Shown one piece after another: positions 1 through 9,803 of a stretch of 52,742 nt of DNA (position 1 is the first letter of the stretch; every line of letters starts with the position of its first letter). Origin of the DNA: Candidatus Methylacidiphilales bacterium (lineage in GTDB: Bacteria > Verrucomicrobiota > Verrucomicrobiia > Methylacidiphilales > Verrucolacustridaceae). Location of the stretch: positions 1 to 52,742 of the forward strand of contig JBILFP010000001.1 in assembly GCA_044351535.1 (NCBI GenBank), read 5' to 3'. A model generated the notes under the pieces. The model was not told where the DNA came from, did not search any database, and saw only the letters and a program-made list of their open reading frames with translations. The translations under genes were made by a program, and so were the position numbers.

Positions 1-1019
1 TCGCTCCCCCAAGGTGTTTTGTTGGTAGTAACGACCGGCCTTCCCGCGGCCAGCGACTCCGCCACCACCAACCCGAAATTCTCCGAATGGCTCGGCAACA
101 CCATGAACTCCGCATGACCCAACAGCGCCTCCCTCACCTCCCCATCCACATGCCCCGTCATCACCACCCCCCCCTCCAACCCCTTCTCCCGGATCATCCT
201 TTTCACTTCCTCCCCGTACCCCACCAGATCCGCCCCCGCGATCACCAGCACCGCCTCCTGCTCCACTTCTTGTCCATTTCGTAAACGTAATCGTAAACGT
301 AAACGACCATCTCTTTGCTGTTGCCTCCACGCCTCCAGCAAGACATCCAGCCCCTTCTTCGGATGTATGCGTGACATAAACAGCACAAACCTCCTCCCCT
401 TCAGCTCCGGGAACTTCTCCTCCACCACCTGCCGCTTCGGAATCCGTTGCGGAATCTCCACCCCGTTCGGCGCCACCACGATTCGAGGTTTCGTTAACGT
501 AAACGTAACCGTAAACGATAAGTTCTTCTCGATACTTTCAGCTTCGGAGACGGAAGTCGCATGGAACAGCTTCGCGCTCCTTAGATTTTCCTTCTCGAAC
601 AGCATCCATGCGACGCGCTTCCTCATCTTTGATCGTCCTAACGACCAATCTTCAAGCATCCCCCTCGGCGAAATCACCAGCGGCTTCCCGGCCTTCATCG
701 CCGCCACCCGGGCGTACTTGTTCGGCCACATCCACAATCCGTGGTCGTGCACCACATCCACCCCCCGCGCCAGCTCCTCCAATCTCCGGGCAAAGCGCGG
801 CGACCAGCCCCTCCCGTGCACCGCCAGGAAATTCCCCTTTTGCGAGACCAACCGCACCCCCTCCGGCACCCGCACCTGCGGCCCCAAATGATCGTAATCC
901 AGACACGCCAGCGTCACCTCGTGACCCAGCCTCGCCTGCGCCCCCGCCAGACTTGTCACCGACACCGAAGGCCCGCCCACCGACGCATTGATCAGCGGAA
1001 CCATGTGGAGGATTCTCAT
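1..1019 (-). CDS. Glycosyltransferase family 4 (GT-B), 3'-truncated by the window edge
   Basis: Not in the ORF track (no stop in window). Manual translation from ATG 1019 (ATGA overlap with the upstream stop): MRILHMVPLINASVGGPSVSV...LFMSRIHPKKGLDVLLEAW...LPSHSENFGLVVAESLAAGRPVV, typical GT4 motifs. Confidence 0.9.
   Translation of the reverse strand, partial: MRILHMVPLINASVGGPSVSVTSLAGAQARLGHEVTLACLDYDHLGPQVRVPEGVRLVSQKGNFLAVHGRGWSPRFARRLEELARGVDVVHDHGLWMWPNKYARVAAMKAGKPLVISPRGMLEDWSLGRSKMRKRVAWMLFEKENLRSAKLFHATSVSEAESIEKNLSFTVTFTLTKPRIVVAPNGVEIPQRIPKRQVVEEKFPELKGRRFVLFMSRIHPKKGLDVLLEAWRQQQRDGRLRLRLRLRNGQEVEQEAVLVIAGADLVGYGEEVKRMIREKGLEGGVVMTGHVDGEVREALLGHAEFMVLPSHSENFGLVVAESLAAGRPVVTTNKTPWGS
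277..306. repeat. Hexamer block (CGTAAA/CGTAAT)x5, in frame in the GT4 (RLRLRLRLR)
   Basis: tttcgtaaacgtaatcgtaaacgtaaacga, identical over 30 bp to 4406-4435. Confidence 0.95.
489..519. repeat. Hexamer block, same family, read in another frame (SFTVTFTLT)
   Basis: tttcgttaacgtaaacgtaaccgtaaacgat. Confidence 0.9.
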
Positions 1020-1885
1020 TTCCCCGCTACCGCCGCATTTCTCCGAATGTGTTCTTCCGAAAACATCGTGCATAGCACCACACTCTTCGGAAAATCCCGG
1101 AAAAGCCGCCCCAGCATCTCCCCTCGGTCCGCCCCCGGTCCCGCCCCCGCAAACGGCGAAAACAGGATCCTCGCCCAGCCTCCCGCCTCCGCCACCAGCC
1201 TTCCGTAATCCTCCGCCGCCGGCGAGGCGTCGAACTGCCGCACGTCACACTCCCGGAGCACCTCTTCTCCCGGATGCTCCCGCCCCCGGTAGTACGCCGC
1301 CCCGAACGCCCGGATCTTGCCCGCCTTCTTCAGCCGCTCCGCCGCCGCCCTCAGCTCCCCCCACGCCGGCAGCTTCCCCGGCGGCTCGTGCAACAGCAAC
1401 ACGTCGATCCGGTCCGTCCGCAACGCCCGCAGGCTCCGCTCCACGCTCCGCTCCAGGTTCGCCGCACTCATCTCCACCCTGCGGAAAAACCTCCCCGGCG
1501 ATCCGCCTCGCGCTGCTTGATTTTCCTCTTCCCGGTTTCCTAAACCTAAACGTAAACGATCCTCTGCCCCGCTTCTCTTTTCTCCCTTGAAAAGTCGAAC
1601 GACCGGCTTCACCGGCGCCAACAGCCGCGCCCATCCCGTCGCCTCCAGCCCGAACTTCGTCGCCAGCACCACCCCGTCCCGCCGCCCCCGCAGAAACCTC
1701 CCCAGCCACCCCTCCGCCTCCCCAAATCCGTACGACGGCGCCACGTCCAGATGCGTCACCCCCAGCTCCAGCGCCAGCCCCAGCGCCGCCTCCGCCCGCC
1801 GCCCGCCCACCGACCCCAGGATCGGGGCGCACCCGAACCCCAGCGCCGACGACCTCACCCCCGGCGCCGCCTCAACCGTCCGCAT
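1016..1885 (-). CDS. Aldo/keto reductase
   Basis: SALGFGCA, LDVAPSYGFGEAE, LATKFG, SLRALRTDRIDVLLLH, GKIRAFG. Start taken at ATG 1885 (MRTVEAAPG). Confidence 0.9.
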   Translation of the reverse strand: MRTVEAAPGVRSSALGFGCAPILGSVGGRRAEAALGLALELGVTHLDVAPSYGFGEAEGWLGRFLRGRRDGVVLATKFGLEATGWARLLAPVKPVVRLFKGEKRSGAEDRLRLGLGNREEENQAARGGSPGRFFRRVEMSAANLERSVERSLRALRTDRIDVLLLHEPPGKLPAWGELRAAAERLKKAGKIRAFGAAYYRGREHPGEEVLRECDVRQFDASPAAEDYGRLVAEAGGWARILFSPFAGAGPGADRGEMLGRLFRDFPKSVVLCTMFSEEHIRRNAAVAGK

Positions 1886-3515
1886 CTTCCCCCGCCAGCC
1901 TCCGCGCCAGTCGCACCGCACACACCCCCGTGAAAAACGTCGGGTTCGCCTGCCCCGAGGTCGGAAACGCCGAGCTGCTGCACACGTACACGTTCTCCGT
2001 CCCCCACACCTTCAGGTCCGCGTCCACCACCCCCCGCGCCGCCGTCGCCGCGATCCGCGTCGTCCCGTTCTGGTGGATCCCGTCGCACGACATCCGCCGG
2101 ATCGCCTCCGCCCGCTCCTCCGCCGGGTGCCAGTAGGCCAGCTCCCCGCACCCGCAACGCCGCAGCCACCCGTCCAGGATCTCGTGCGTCCGCAACACCG
2201 AGGCCACGTCCTCGTCCCTCAGCCGGTAGCGGATCTCCAGCGTCTCCCCGTCCGCCCCCAGCGTCATCCGGTTTTCCCGGTCCGGCACCTGCTCCGCGTG
2301 GAAATGCAACGCGTACTCGTTTCGCGGGTTGTGTAGGAAAATCCCCGGCAACTTCCGCCGCAGGCAGTACCGCCGCACAAAAATCTCCGCCGGCTTCGCC
2401 AACGATCCGGGCAACCCCGCCAGCACGTTCCGCAGGTGCGCCCCCACCTCGTTCGCCCGTCCCTTCGTGAACGCCTTCGCCAGCGCCGGCGGCGCCAGCC
2501 GCGCCCCCAGCCACGGCGTCACCATCGCCAGGTACATGAAGGACATCGCCCCGTTCCCGTGCACCGGGTCGTGGTACAGCGGGTTGTCCAGCCACACCGC
2601 CGCGTTCAGCAGGTTCTCCCGTACGATCGTCTCCCGCGCCAGCTGGAAGCGCCGCCGGGAATACGTCCCGTCCCCGTCGCGACTGAAGAAAAAGTCCGTC
2701 TTCCGCGGATCGCCCCGGAACCGCACCGTCGCGATCTTGCCCGAGACGTGGCTCTGGTAGTACCGGCCCAGCGCGTCCGGCATCCCACCCCGCGCCCGGA
2801 ACATCCCCGGGCTTCGCAACAGCAGCCGCGTCGTCTCCTGCCCCCCCGCCGCCAGCACAAACCGCCCCGCCCGCACCCGCACCGGCGCGCCCGTCCGCGT
2901 GTCCCGTGCCGACAACTCCCGCACCCGGCCCCGCCCGTCCGGCTCCCCCAGCTCCCGCGCCTCCAGCCCCTCCGCCAGCGTGACGTTCGGCCGCGTTGCG
3001 ATCTCCCGCCCGTACCGGCTCCCGAACCGCGTCGGCAGGCTCCACCGTTCCAGCACGTCGTCCGTCACCTCCCCCGGACGGAACCCCTCCGCGATCGGCC
3101 GCCGCGCCGCCTCCCCCTCCAGCCGGAATCCCCCGCCCCCGCAGTCGAAATACTCCTGCGCCGCCGCCGTGAACGGCTCCGTCGCCCGCAGAAACGATTC
3201 GTCCCACGTGCACTCCCCGCCGTAGACCGGGCGGTCCAGGAAATCCACCCCGTCATACATCACGCACCGGCCGCCCCACGTCGCGCTCGTCCCGCCCAGC
3301 CCCTTGTTCGTGCAGTCGTACGGCCCGTGGTGGTTGACCGGGTTGTCGATCCGGATCGAGTCGTCCAACCCGTTCCGCGCCGGCATCCCCGGCCAGCCGT
3401 ACTCCAGCAACAACACCCGCCGGTCCGGCCTCCGCCGTGCCAGCTCCAGCGCCGCGATGATCCCCGCCGGCCCCGCGCCGATCACGCAAACGTCCGTTGT
3501 TAGTTCACTGCTCAC
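1872..3515 (-). CDS. GMC-family FAD-dependent oxidoreductase
   Basis: DVCVIGAGPAG Rossmann motif, GLGGTSATWGG, C-terminal HQNGTTRI...GVVD...FPTSGQANPT. Confidence 0.9.
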   Translation of the reverse strand: MSSELTTDVCVIGAGPAGIIAALELARRRPDRRVLLLEYGWPGMPARNGLDDSIRIDNPVNHHGPYDCTNKGLGGTSATWGGRCVMYDGVDFLDRPVYGGECTWDESFLRATEPFTAAAQEYFDCGGGGFRLEGEAARRPIAEGFRPGEVTDDVLERWSLPTRFGSRYGREIATRPNVTLAEGLEARELGEPDGRGRVRELSARDTRTGAPVRVRAGRFVLAAGGQETTRLLLRSPGMFRARGGMPDALGRYYQSHVSGKIATVRFRGDPRKTDFFFSRDGDGTYSRRRFQLARETIVRENLLNAAVWLDNPLYHDPVHGNGAMSFMYLAMVTPWLGARLAPPALAKAFTKGRANEVGAHLRNVLAGLPGSLAKPAEIFVRRYCLRRKLPGIFLHNPRNEYALHFHAEQVPDRENRMTLGADGETLEIRYRLRDEDVASVLRTHEILDGWLRRCGCGELAYWHPAEERAEAIRRMSCDGIHQNGTTRIAATAARGVVDADLKVWGTENVYVCSSSAFPTSGQANPTFFTGVCAVRLARRLAGEDADG

Positions 3516-3647
3516 GGTTTTATTTAAAGTAGTCTCAGGCTTTGATGAAGGGGCAGGATGAAGATTAAGAGATTCTCGTTTCTCAGTTTAACACTTCTCT
3601 CTTCACCTTAATCTTCATCTCTATTCTAGTCCTTCCCTAATCCTAAT

Positions 3648-3723
3648 TCCCCCGCGCAAGCGGAAATCCAAACACGCGGGACGCAGATCCCAGAATGGGC
3701 GGGGGCAGGTTTGAGGGGGCCAA
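3648..3723. repeat. Dispersed ~76-bp element, copy 1 (copy 2 at 19859-19936)
   Basis: Both copies have cccccgcg(c/t)aagcgga..tcca at the left and atgggcggggg.aggt.tgagggggccaa at the right, with a divergent middle. Confidence 0.75.
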
Positions 3724-3732
3724 TCCTTCCAC

Positions 3733-4965
3733 CTAATCGGAATTTTTCCCCACCGCCTGGAAAAATTCCAAATGAAGTTCGGCGATTCTGGCCGGGGAAA
3801 AGTTCCCCGCCGTTCTCCTCGCCTCTTCCCTCATCTTCGTCAGATCCGCGCTCAGGGCGTCGGCCAGAACCGCGGCCAGGTTCTCCGCCCCCCGCTCCCG
3901 GTGGTTGAACGTCCAGCCGTTCTTCCCCGGCACCAGATACTCCCCGAACACCTTCAGGTCCGAAACCACTGGCACTGCCCCGCAACCCATCGCCTCCACC
4001 GGGGCCAAAGGCATGGCTTCACCCGACTCCGCCAGCGAGGGGTACACGAACAGGTCCGCCCCCCGGTACTCCTCCGCCAGCTTCGCCCGGTCAAAGATCG
4101 GCTCCCCCCACTCCACCCCCTCCGCCTTCTTCTTCAAGCTCTCCAAGTATTCCGCGCCTCCTCCCCCCTGCTCCTTCCGATAGGGCCCGACGATACGCAG
4201 CTTCGCGCCTTTCCAGTTCGCTCCGCTGCCGGATATAGGATTCCGGATATTGGATATAGGAGATTGTCTGCTTTCTATATCCGATTTCCTATATTCCATA
4301 TCCTTCGTAAGAATCCGCCAGGCTTCGATGAGAATTTCGATGCCCTTCTCCGGGTGTATCCTCCCCGCGTAAAGAACCGTTAATGGACTCCTCTTTTCTT
4401 CCTCGTTTCGTAAACGTAATCGTAAACGTAAACGATCGCCCTCATTTTCCAAAAAACAGCTGTCAATCGCATTCGGCACCACCTTGACCCTTCTAGCTAA
4501 CTTCGGCGCCTGACGCTCAATCTCTGAAGCAACCTCTCCCGATGCCGCGCTGATCCCCGCCACCTTTCCGTACAGCCAGTACTGGTGTTTCGGGTAGCGG
4601 TTCGCGTTCAGGAACACCCGGCCGGCATCCGGTCGCAACCGCGGCAGCAGCGCCGGTGTCCAAAAATCGTTCGTCACCACCACGTCCCCCGCCGGCATTC
4701 GTCGCACCGCCCCTAGCGCGTAGAAGAAACACTTCACCAGGTCCGCCGCCAGCGAGGTCGTCAGTCCGTACCCGCCCCATCGGACGATTCTGATCCCGTC
4801 TCTGTTTTCGGTCTCCGGCTGGCCCGGGAAAGCCTTGGCCAAGATCGTCACCTCATGCCCCCGCTTCACAAACTCTTTCGCCAAACCGTGCCACAAAATC
4901 TGCACCGACCCCCCGATCACCGCGGGAACGGGATAGATCGGACCGGTCGCGATAGTAATTTTCAT
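3733..4965 (-). CDS. Glycosyltransferase family 4 with two repeat-derived in-frame inserts
   Basis: YAGRIHPEKGIEIL, ADLFVYPS..EAMPLAPVEAMGCG. Inserts at 4231-4303 and 4406-4435. Confidence 0.9.
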   Translation of the reverse strand: MKITIATGPIYPVPAVIGGSVQILWHGLAKEFVKRGHEVTILAKAFPGQPETENRDGIRIVRWGGYGLTTSLAADLVKCFFYALGAVRRMPAGDVVVTNDFWTPALLPRLRPDAGRVFLNANRYPKHQYWLYGKVAGISAASGEVASEIERQAPKLARRVKVVPNAIDSCFLENEGDRLRLRLRLRNEEEKRSPLTVLYAGRIHPEKGIEILIEAWRILTKDMEYRKSDIESRQSPISNIRNPISGSGANWKGAKLRIVGPYRKEQGGGGAEYLESLKKKAEGVEWGEPIFDRAKLAEEYRGADLFVYPSLAESGEAMPLAPVEAMGCGAVPVVSDLKVFGEYLVPGKNGWTFNHRERGAENLAAVLADALSADLTKMREEARRTAGNFSPARIAELHLEFFQAVGKNSD

Positions 4966-5034
4966 CTTCGATTAGGTGGAAGGATTAGGATTAGGTCTGA
5001 TCTTTCTCATCTTTCGCTCGTCAACTGAGCGTCC

Positions 5035-5118
5035 GGTAGGGGCGGTTGTCCCAACCGCCCGATTGAGAGTTTCACGCTGTGAGCTGCCCATCGGACGACT
5101 GGGACAGTCGTCCCTACC
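5035..5118. repeat. GTAG-REP inverted pair (REPIN-like), family C
   Basis: ggtaggggcggttgtcccaaccgccc ... cggacgactgggacagtcgtccctacc: each half is GTAG plus a hairpin, in inverted orientation. Confidence 0.85.
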
Positions 5119-5148
5119 TAGCTTTGAAACCCCCGTTAACTTTCCCGT

Positions 5149-5409
5149 TCACTCCAACGGCTGGATGGGCAACAAAGGCTGGTTGCCGGACGCGCGTCTC
5201 CAATCCTCCCTCAACTCCTCCAGATGCAGTAACCGCCACTGGTTTACCAAATCCATCGCCTTCGCAGGAAGATAGCCTTGGTGCAATTGGCCGGTCTCAA
5301 TCTCCACTAGACCCTCGTGTTCGCCGTAAATGGCGTGGAAATGGGTCGGCGGATGGTCCCGGTAATAAAAGCGGATGATGATCCCGTAGAACCGGCTAAC
5401 TTCAGGCAT
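5149..5409 (-). CDS. DUF4160-family putative toxin
   Basis: MPEVSRFYGIIIRFYYRDHPPTHFHAIYGE...W...H.EEL..DW...P.LE is the DUF4160 signature. Start at ATG 5409 overlaps the partner's stop. Confidence 0.85.
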   Translation of the reverse strand: MPEVSRFYGIIIRFYYRDHPPTHFHAIYGEHEGLVEIETGQLHQGYLPAKAMDLVNQWRLLHLEELREDWRRASGNQPLLPIQPLE

Positions 5410-5662
5410 GTGCCATCTCGCGCCGCACCCTGCCGGTGATTTCCAGATAGGCGGCGTCCGGACAGATCTCCATCTCTTCCGACCAGGCAATCTGCCCGTA
5501 CGGCCCAAGATGCACCTTCTGGAAAACCTTTTTGTCCTTCAGCGGCGCAAACACCCCTTTCCCCACCTGGTCGGACAGATCCAAAACCCCCTGCTTCCCG
5601 TCCGCATAGGATAGACGGATCTTGTAACCCTCCAGCGCCTCTACCTGAATCGGCCGATTCAT
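5402..5662 (-). CDS. DUF2442-family putative antitoxin
   Basis: VEALEGYKIRLSYADG..G.LDL...GVFAPLKD...F..V......IAW.....ICPD..Y. Confidence 0.85.
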   Translation of the reverse strand: MNRPIQVEALEGYKIRLSYADGKQGVLDLSDQVGKGVFAPLKDKKVFQKVHLGPYGQIAWSEEMEICPDAAYLEITGRVRREMAHA

Positions 5663-5696
5663 AAGATTACTTTATCCCCCACCTCTCGCCCGTCAA
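5663..5696 (-). promoter_or_regulatory. Sigma70-type leaderless promoter of TA module 1
   Basis: TTGACG-16nt-TAAAGT-6nt-ATG. Same architecture at 29466-29499 and 33789-33822. Confidence 0.7.
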
Positions 5697-5706
5697 TTGA
5701 CGGCTT

Positions 5707-5779
5707 GGTAGGGGCGGTTGTCCCCAACCGCCCGATTGAAAGATTTCCCGCTGTCCACTGACCATCGGTCGACCCTACC
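5707..5779. repeat. REPIN family C copy with an internally deleted right REP
   Basis: ggtaggggcggttgtccccaaccgcccgattg ... accatcggtcga-ccctacc. Confidence 0.8.
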
Positions 5780-5822
5780 GAACGTTTCGGCTCCAAGCTT
5801 TCGTTCACCTTCACGTTCACAT

Positions 5823-7085
5823 TCACGAACAACGCGCCGCCATCGCGCGTGCCAGACCTTCGGTCGCCTTCTCGATCGAGAACTGACTGATCTTAGCGCG
5901 AACGTTCCCACTCCAATCTTGATCCTTTTTTGTCACAAAGCGGCGCAAGCACTCCGCTAACCCTTGAACATCGCCAAGTCGGAAACTGTAACCAGTTTCG
6001 CCCTGAACAATCAGATCCGGCTCACACCCGCACGCGGTGCTCACGATCGCCGGTGTGCTGCACGCCATCGCCTCGTTCACGATCAGTCCCCACGTCTCCG
6101 TCCCGTCGGACGGCAACACCAGGCAGTCCGCCCCCGCCAGATACGCAGGCAGCTCCTGCTGATTCTTGAACCCCGCAAACTCCACCCTTCCCTTCAGATC
6201 CGGTCTGCGCGCTCTCTCTTCCAACTGGGGACGAAGCGGCCCATCGCCCACCAGCACCACCTTCGCCTCCGGCACCCCCGCCGCCGCCTCTAACAGATCG
6301 CTGACGCGTTTTTTCGGGATGAACTTACCTGCGAACAAAAACTCCACGCTTTTTTCCGCTTTCCGCCTTCCGCTTTCCGCTTTTTCGCCACCCGTTACCA
6401 GGGACTCGCCACGCGCCACATCGCTTTCCTTAATCCTCATCCTCATCCTAATCGCGTCGGCCGCCGCCGCGCGGCTACTCCACCATTCATTGTCCACAAA
6501 GTGCGGACTGAAAAACAGCCGCGCGTCCTTCACGCCATAATGTTTTAAGTATTCCCGGTTCCTGCGGCCGACGTACAGATGCGCATCGAATCTCGGCAGC
6601 AGAAACCTGTAAGCGACGAACTTCACCGCGCGCTTCAGCGGCGAGTTCGTGATCTCCAGCTGGGAATCTCCCCGACTGAGGAGCCTGATCCCCGCCTTTT
6701 TCGCCGCCCAGAACGCCTGCCAGAAAACCTTCTTGTGCCAGCCGATCAGCAGGACGTGCGTGAAACCTTCCCGCACCAGAATCTCCCCGATCTCCGGGCA
6801 GTCGCATCCCCCAAACCAGTCGAGTCCCGGCCGTTGGCTGACATTTTTCAAGAACCGATAGGGGTACCCCTCCAGCACCGGCACATCCCACTCAAACTCA
6901 ACCCCAAACCCCGCCTCCGCCTGCCCCTTCGCCGTCTGCCTGTGCGCATAAAACACTTCAAAGCTGAACTCTGTCGGTTCCTCGTCCCTTAATCTTAATC
7001 GAGGAGCTTGCTCCGCAAGGTAACGAAACCACGGACTGTAGTACTGAATCGGATGAGTGCTAACAATTGCCAGCTTCGTCTTCAT
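5823..7085 (-). CDS. Glycosyltransferase family 4 with repeat-derived inserts
   Basis: LAIVSTHPIQYYSPWFR, LFAGKFIPKKR, ADCLVLPSDGTETWGLIVNEAMAC. Inserts at 6348-6453 and 6988-7001. Confidence 0.9.
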   Translation of the reverse strand: MKTKLAIVSTHPIQYYSPWFRYLAEQAPRLRLRDEEPTEFSFEVFYAHRQTAKGQAEAGFGVEFEWDVPVLEGYPYRFLKNVSQRPGLDWFGGCDCPEIGEILVREGFTHVLLIGWHKKVFWQAFWAAKKAGIRLLSRGDSQLEITNSPLKRAVKFVAYRFLLPRFDAHLYVGRRNREYLKHYGVKDARLFFSPHFVDNEWWSSRAAAADAIRMRMRIKESDVARGESLVTGGEKAESGRRKAEKSVEFLFAGKFIPKKRVSDLLEAAAGVPEAKVVLVGDGPLRPQLEERARRPDLKGRVEFAGFKNQQELPAYLAGADCLVLPSDGTETWGLIVNEAMACSTPAIVSTACGCEPDLIVQGETGYSFRLGDVQGLAECLRRFVTKKDQDWSGNVRAKISQFSIEKATEGLARAMAARCS

Positions 7086-7087
7086 GA

Positions 7088-7117
7088 TTTCGTAAACGTA
7101 AACCTAAACGTAAACGA
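7088..7117. repeat. Intergenic hexamer block
   Basis: tttcgtaaacgtaaacctaaacgtaaacga. The same 30-mer recurs at about 41305-41334. Confidence 0.9.
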
Positions 7118-7204
7118 CAATTTACAACCTTAAGGCGTTTACCTCTCGACTTTGAGTTACAAAGGGTGCGTAGAAACGATCGCCAGCCGCAGTCCCTGCC
7201 TCAC

Positions 7205-8050
7205 TTATTTTTGACCGTAGCGAAAAAGAATGTTGCCGTAAGGCTGGATCAGCTTGCTTTGCAGAGGTCGGCCTTGCCATGTAGTCGGCTGATAGCCGAA
7301 GGCTCCAAGATACTTAACTAACTCCTGGAATCTGTTTCCATCCGTCTCCACGACCAAAGCCTCGATCAATCCGTTCTTTAATAACCTGGCGGCGCCTCGC
7401 AAGGCGCGCTCCTCGCTACCCTCCATGTCCAGCTTCCAAAGCCGAATTCTCCCCAGTGAGTTTTTTTCCGCATAATCATCCAGGGTCGTGATCCGAATGT
7501 CCCCCGCCCCTATTTTCAGCTCGGTATGGCTGCCGACAGCTTCCTCCCCTCCCCATTGACCCTCCAGGGAAGCGGTGCCGGTTTTTTCACCTAAGCCGAA
7601 CTCTTCCACTGCTACAGGCCACCGAGGGTATCCTTGCAGGCATTCGAGCAACCACTGCCGAGCGGGAAAAAATGGCTCAAAGGCCAGATATTTGCCGGTT
7701 TTGATTCTAGGGGCCAAGTAGAGCAGGACTTGTCCGATATTCGCCCCCGAATCCACCACCACGGAATCACTCTGCACCCACCTCTTGGCCCACGACACAA
7801 ACCCCGGACCTTCATAATCACCGTAAACAATCCATCGATGGGTGCTATTGCGTAAGTCCAGTTTCCAAACTGGACCAGCGCTGGTTTTCACCCAAACCAC
7901 CCCTTTTCGATCGAGGATCGCCCCGTACATCTTTCCCAAAAGGCCCAGTTTTTTAGGAAACGGCAAACGGCGCAACAACCGCAAGCCAAACGGCAAACGA
8001 AAATCAGCTGTTTTGTTTTTGTCCGTAAACAAACCTCGTCGGCCGCTCAT
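7205..8050 (-). CDS. FkbM-family methyltransferase
   Basis: VVDSGANIG, AFEP, TTLDDY, LWKLDMEGSE..AL.GA. Confidence 0.85.
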   Translation of the reverse strand: MSGRRGLFTDKNKTADFRLPFGLRLLRRLPFPKKLGLLGKMYGAILDRKGVVWVKTSAGPVWKLDLRNSTHRWIVYGDYEGPGFVSWAKRWVQSDSVVVDSGANIGQVLLYLAPRIKTGKYLAFEPFFPARQWLLECLQGYPRWPVAVEEFGLGEKTGTASLEGQWGGEEAVGSHTELKIGAGDIRITTLDDYAEKNSLGRIRLWKLDMEGSEERALRGAARLLKNGLIEALVVETDGNRFQELVKYLGAFGYQPTTWQGRPLQSKLIQPYGNILFRYGQK

Positions 8051-9803
8051 GCCGCACCGCTGCTGTCGCGGCGGGATCCGGGATCGGGGATTGGGGATTG
8101 GGGGATATTCCTAATGCTAATCCTGCCTCCTCCTTCTTTTCTTCCCTTAACCCCTTAACCCCTGAATCCCTTTCGATATCCGATATCCTATATCCGATAT
8201 CCTTCTCCCGCTCATCCTGCGCCAGCACCGAGCTTACCTCGTCGAGCGTCTTGGCCAGCTTCGGATCCGGCCTCAGCCGGAGTTTTTCCGCCAGCTTCAC
8301 CGCGTAATACTTCCACACCGGATTGTTCTCTTTGCTCATCAACACCAATGACAGCGCTGCCAGGGCCAAAAAGCTCTGCCAAGTGGACGTCACGTAGACC
8401 CCCATGGTGTTGAAGCTGCTGATGGCGGTCCCGATGATCAAAACTCCGAACATGAAGCCGAAGGAGAGCATTGGAACATGGATCGTTAACCGTGTCGCCC
8501 AACCCAGAAAAAATCCGATGATCACGGCCAGGACCAGGACGCCCAGGTAGCCGTAGTTCGCATACGCCTCCATCACCGGGTCAAAGCCCACGGAGGTCTT
8601 CCAGATTCCCTCCTCGCTGAGGATTCCGTAATGCAGGCTCAACATCATGTTTCCGGTGTGCGACCAGGCCTTTCCCGGGCTCAAAATCCTTGGAATCAGC
8701 AGCGCGGGGATGAACTTGTAGCTCTCACCCTCCAGGAAGGGAACCTTGGCCGGGGTCATCGTCTGGATCATCACCATCAGGTGAATCAGCGATCCCCGCT
8801 CCTTCACGGAGCTCACCTCCCTTCTTTCCTCCCCGGGCTTGCCCATCCCCAGATTCCGTACGCCGTGTTCCACCCATTCGGTAAAATAGGCTGGGTACTC
8901 ATGCCACGCCGCCTGCCTGGCGTCCTCGCTAAAGAGATACTTTTCCCGCATCTCAAACTTTCCCGCATGCAGCACTGTCAGGACCGCCAGCGTCCCCGCC
9001 ATCACTTTCCAGGGAACCTTTCCGGAACCCAGCACGTAGGCCGCAAAGGCCAGCCCTACCGTGGGAATCACCGTGGCCAGCACCAGGGAGGCCGTCTCCT
9101 GGACCACGATGACACTAAGCATGAGCAGGAACACGGTTTTCTTGAATGGGGAAATTTCCCCCTGCCCGATCTGGTAGCAGAAAACAAAAATCCCCATCCG
9201 GCCGGCCGCCGTCGCAAAACCCCGGATCGCCGAAAAGCCACCCGACCCAAACTGGTACAAGAGGAGCATTAGGCTTTCAAAAAGGAGCTCCCCAAATACG
9301 CACCACAGAAGGATGTTTTCGGCACGCTTCAAGTTGATCATCCGCACCGCCTGTGGCACTCCCACCGACCTCACTGCCATCTGCTGCCAGAACAACATGC
9401 CGATGAGCAGGCATCCCGCCACCGTCCACGCGGCGGTGGCGATCTCCAGTAGGGTGTACTGTACCAGCAGCGTATGCCCCTGCCACAGCGGGGTCAGATA
9501 CTTGGGCAGAAAGCTGATCGCAAAGATCGGATAGATGGGCAGCCCCTGGATCCTGCCCGTGCACCAGAACCAGGCTGGCAACAGGCAGGCTAGGTAAAGC
9601 ACCATGCCGGAAAAAAAGAGCTCGAAGCTCAGGTCCTGCCGCGCCGACCAAAGGGTGTAGATGGGATAGAAGATCGCGAAAGCCCAAAAGACCTTCAAAA
9701 GGGTATTGCGGCTAAACGGCAGCGTCACCCCGCCGATATCCGGGCTCCCCTCCATCCGGGCCCTCTTCTCCGCCTCCCGCTTGTCCCGCTCCTCCTTCGT
9801 CAC
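8004..9803 (-). CDS. Polytopic membrane protein, putative Wzy-like polysaccharide polymerase, with a repeat-derived C-terminal tail
   Basis: About 10-11 hydrophobic segments, IPRILSPGK and EAYANYG.LGV motifs seen in O-antigen polymerase-like proteins, and locus context. Confidence 0.6.
   Translation of the reverse strand: MTKEERDKREAEKRARMEGSPDIGGVTLPFSRNTLLKVFWAFAIFYPIYTLWSARQDLSFELFFSGMVLYLACLLPAWFWCTGRIQGLPIYPIFAISFLPKYLTPLWQGHTLLVQYTLLEIATAAWTVAGCLLIGMLFWQQMAVRSVGVPQAVRMINLKRAENILLWCVFGELLFESLMLLLYQFGSGGFSAIRGFATAAGRMGIFVFCYQIGQGEISPFKKTVFLLMLSVIVVQETASLVLATVIPTVGLAFAAYVLGSGKVPWKVMAGTLAVLTVLHAGKFEMREKYLFSEDARQAAWHEYPAYFTEWVEHGVRNLGMGKPGEERREVSSVKERGSLIHLMVMIQTMTPAKVPFLEGESYKFIPALLIPRILSPGKAWSHTGNMMLSLHYGILSEEGIWKTSVGFDPVMEAYANYGYLGVLVLAVIIGFFLGWATRLTIHVPMLSFGFMFGVLIIGTAISSFNTMGVYVTSTWQSFLALAALSLVLMSKENNPVWKYYAVKLAEKLRLRPDPKLAKTLDEVSSVLAQDEREKDIGYRISDIERDSGVKGLREEKKEEAGLALGISPNPQSPIPDPAATAAVRHERPTRFVYGQKQNS

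Noticed and set aside
87-3561. Numerous long overlapping or antisense Pro/Arg/Gly-rich ORFs (also 32038..33198, 37678..38631, 40003..40980)
   Set aside because: Shadow ORFs expected in high-GC DNA opposite well-supported genes
5019-5028. A fourth TTGACG (cgtcaactga, as at 33817) upstream of GT 3733..4965
   Set aside because: No matching GGATAAA/-10 at 16 nt. At most a remnant, too short to support
4976-5378. Plus-strand ORFs here and at 31636-32269 sharing peptides such as SDDWDSRPY
   Set aside because: The similarity comes from REP DNA, not from real genes
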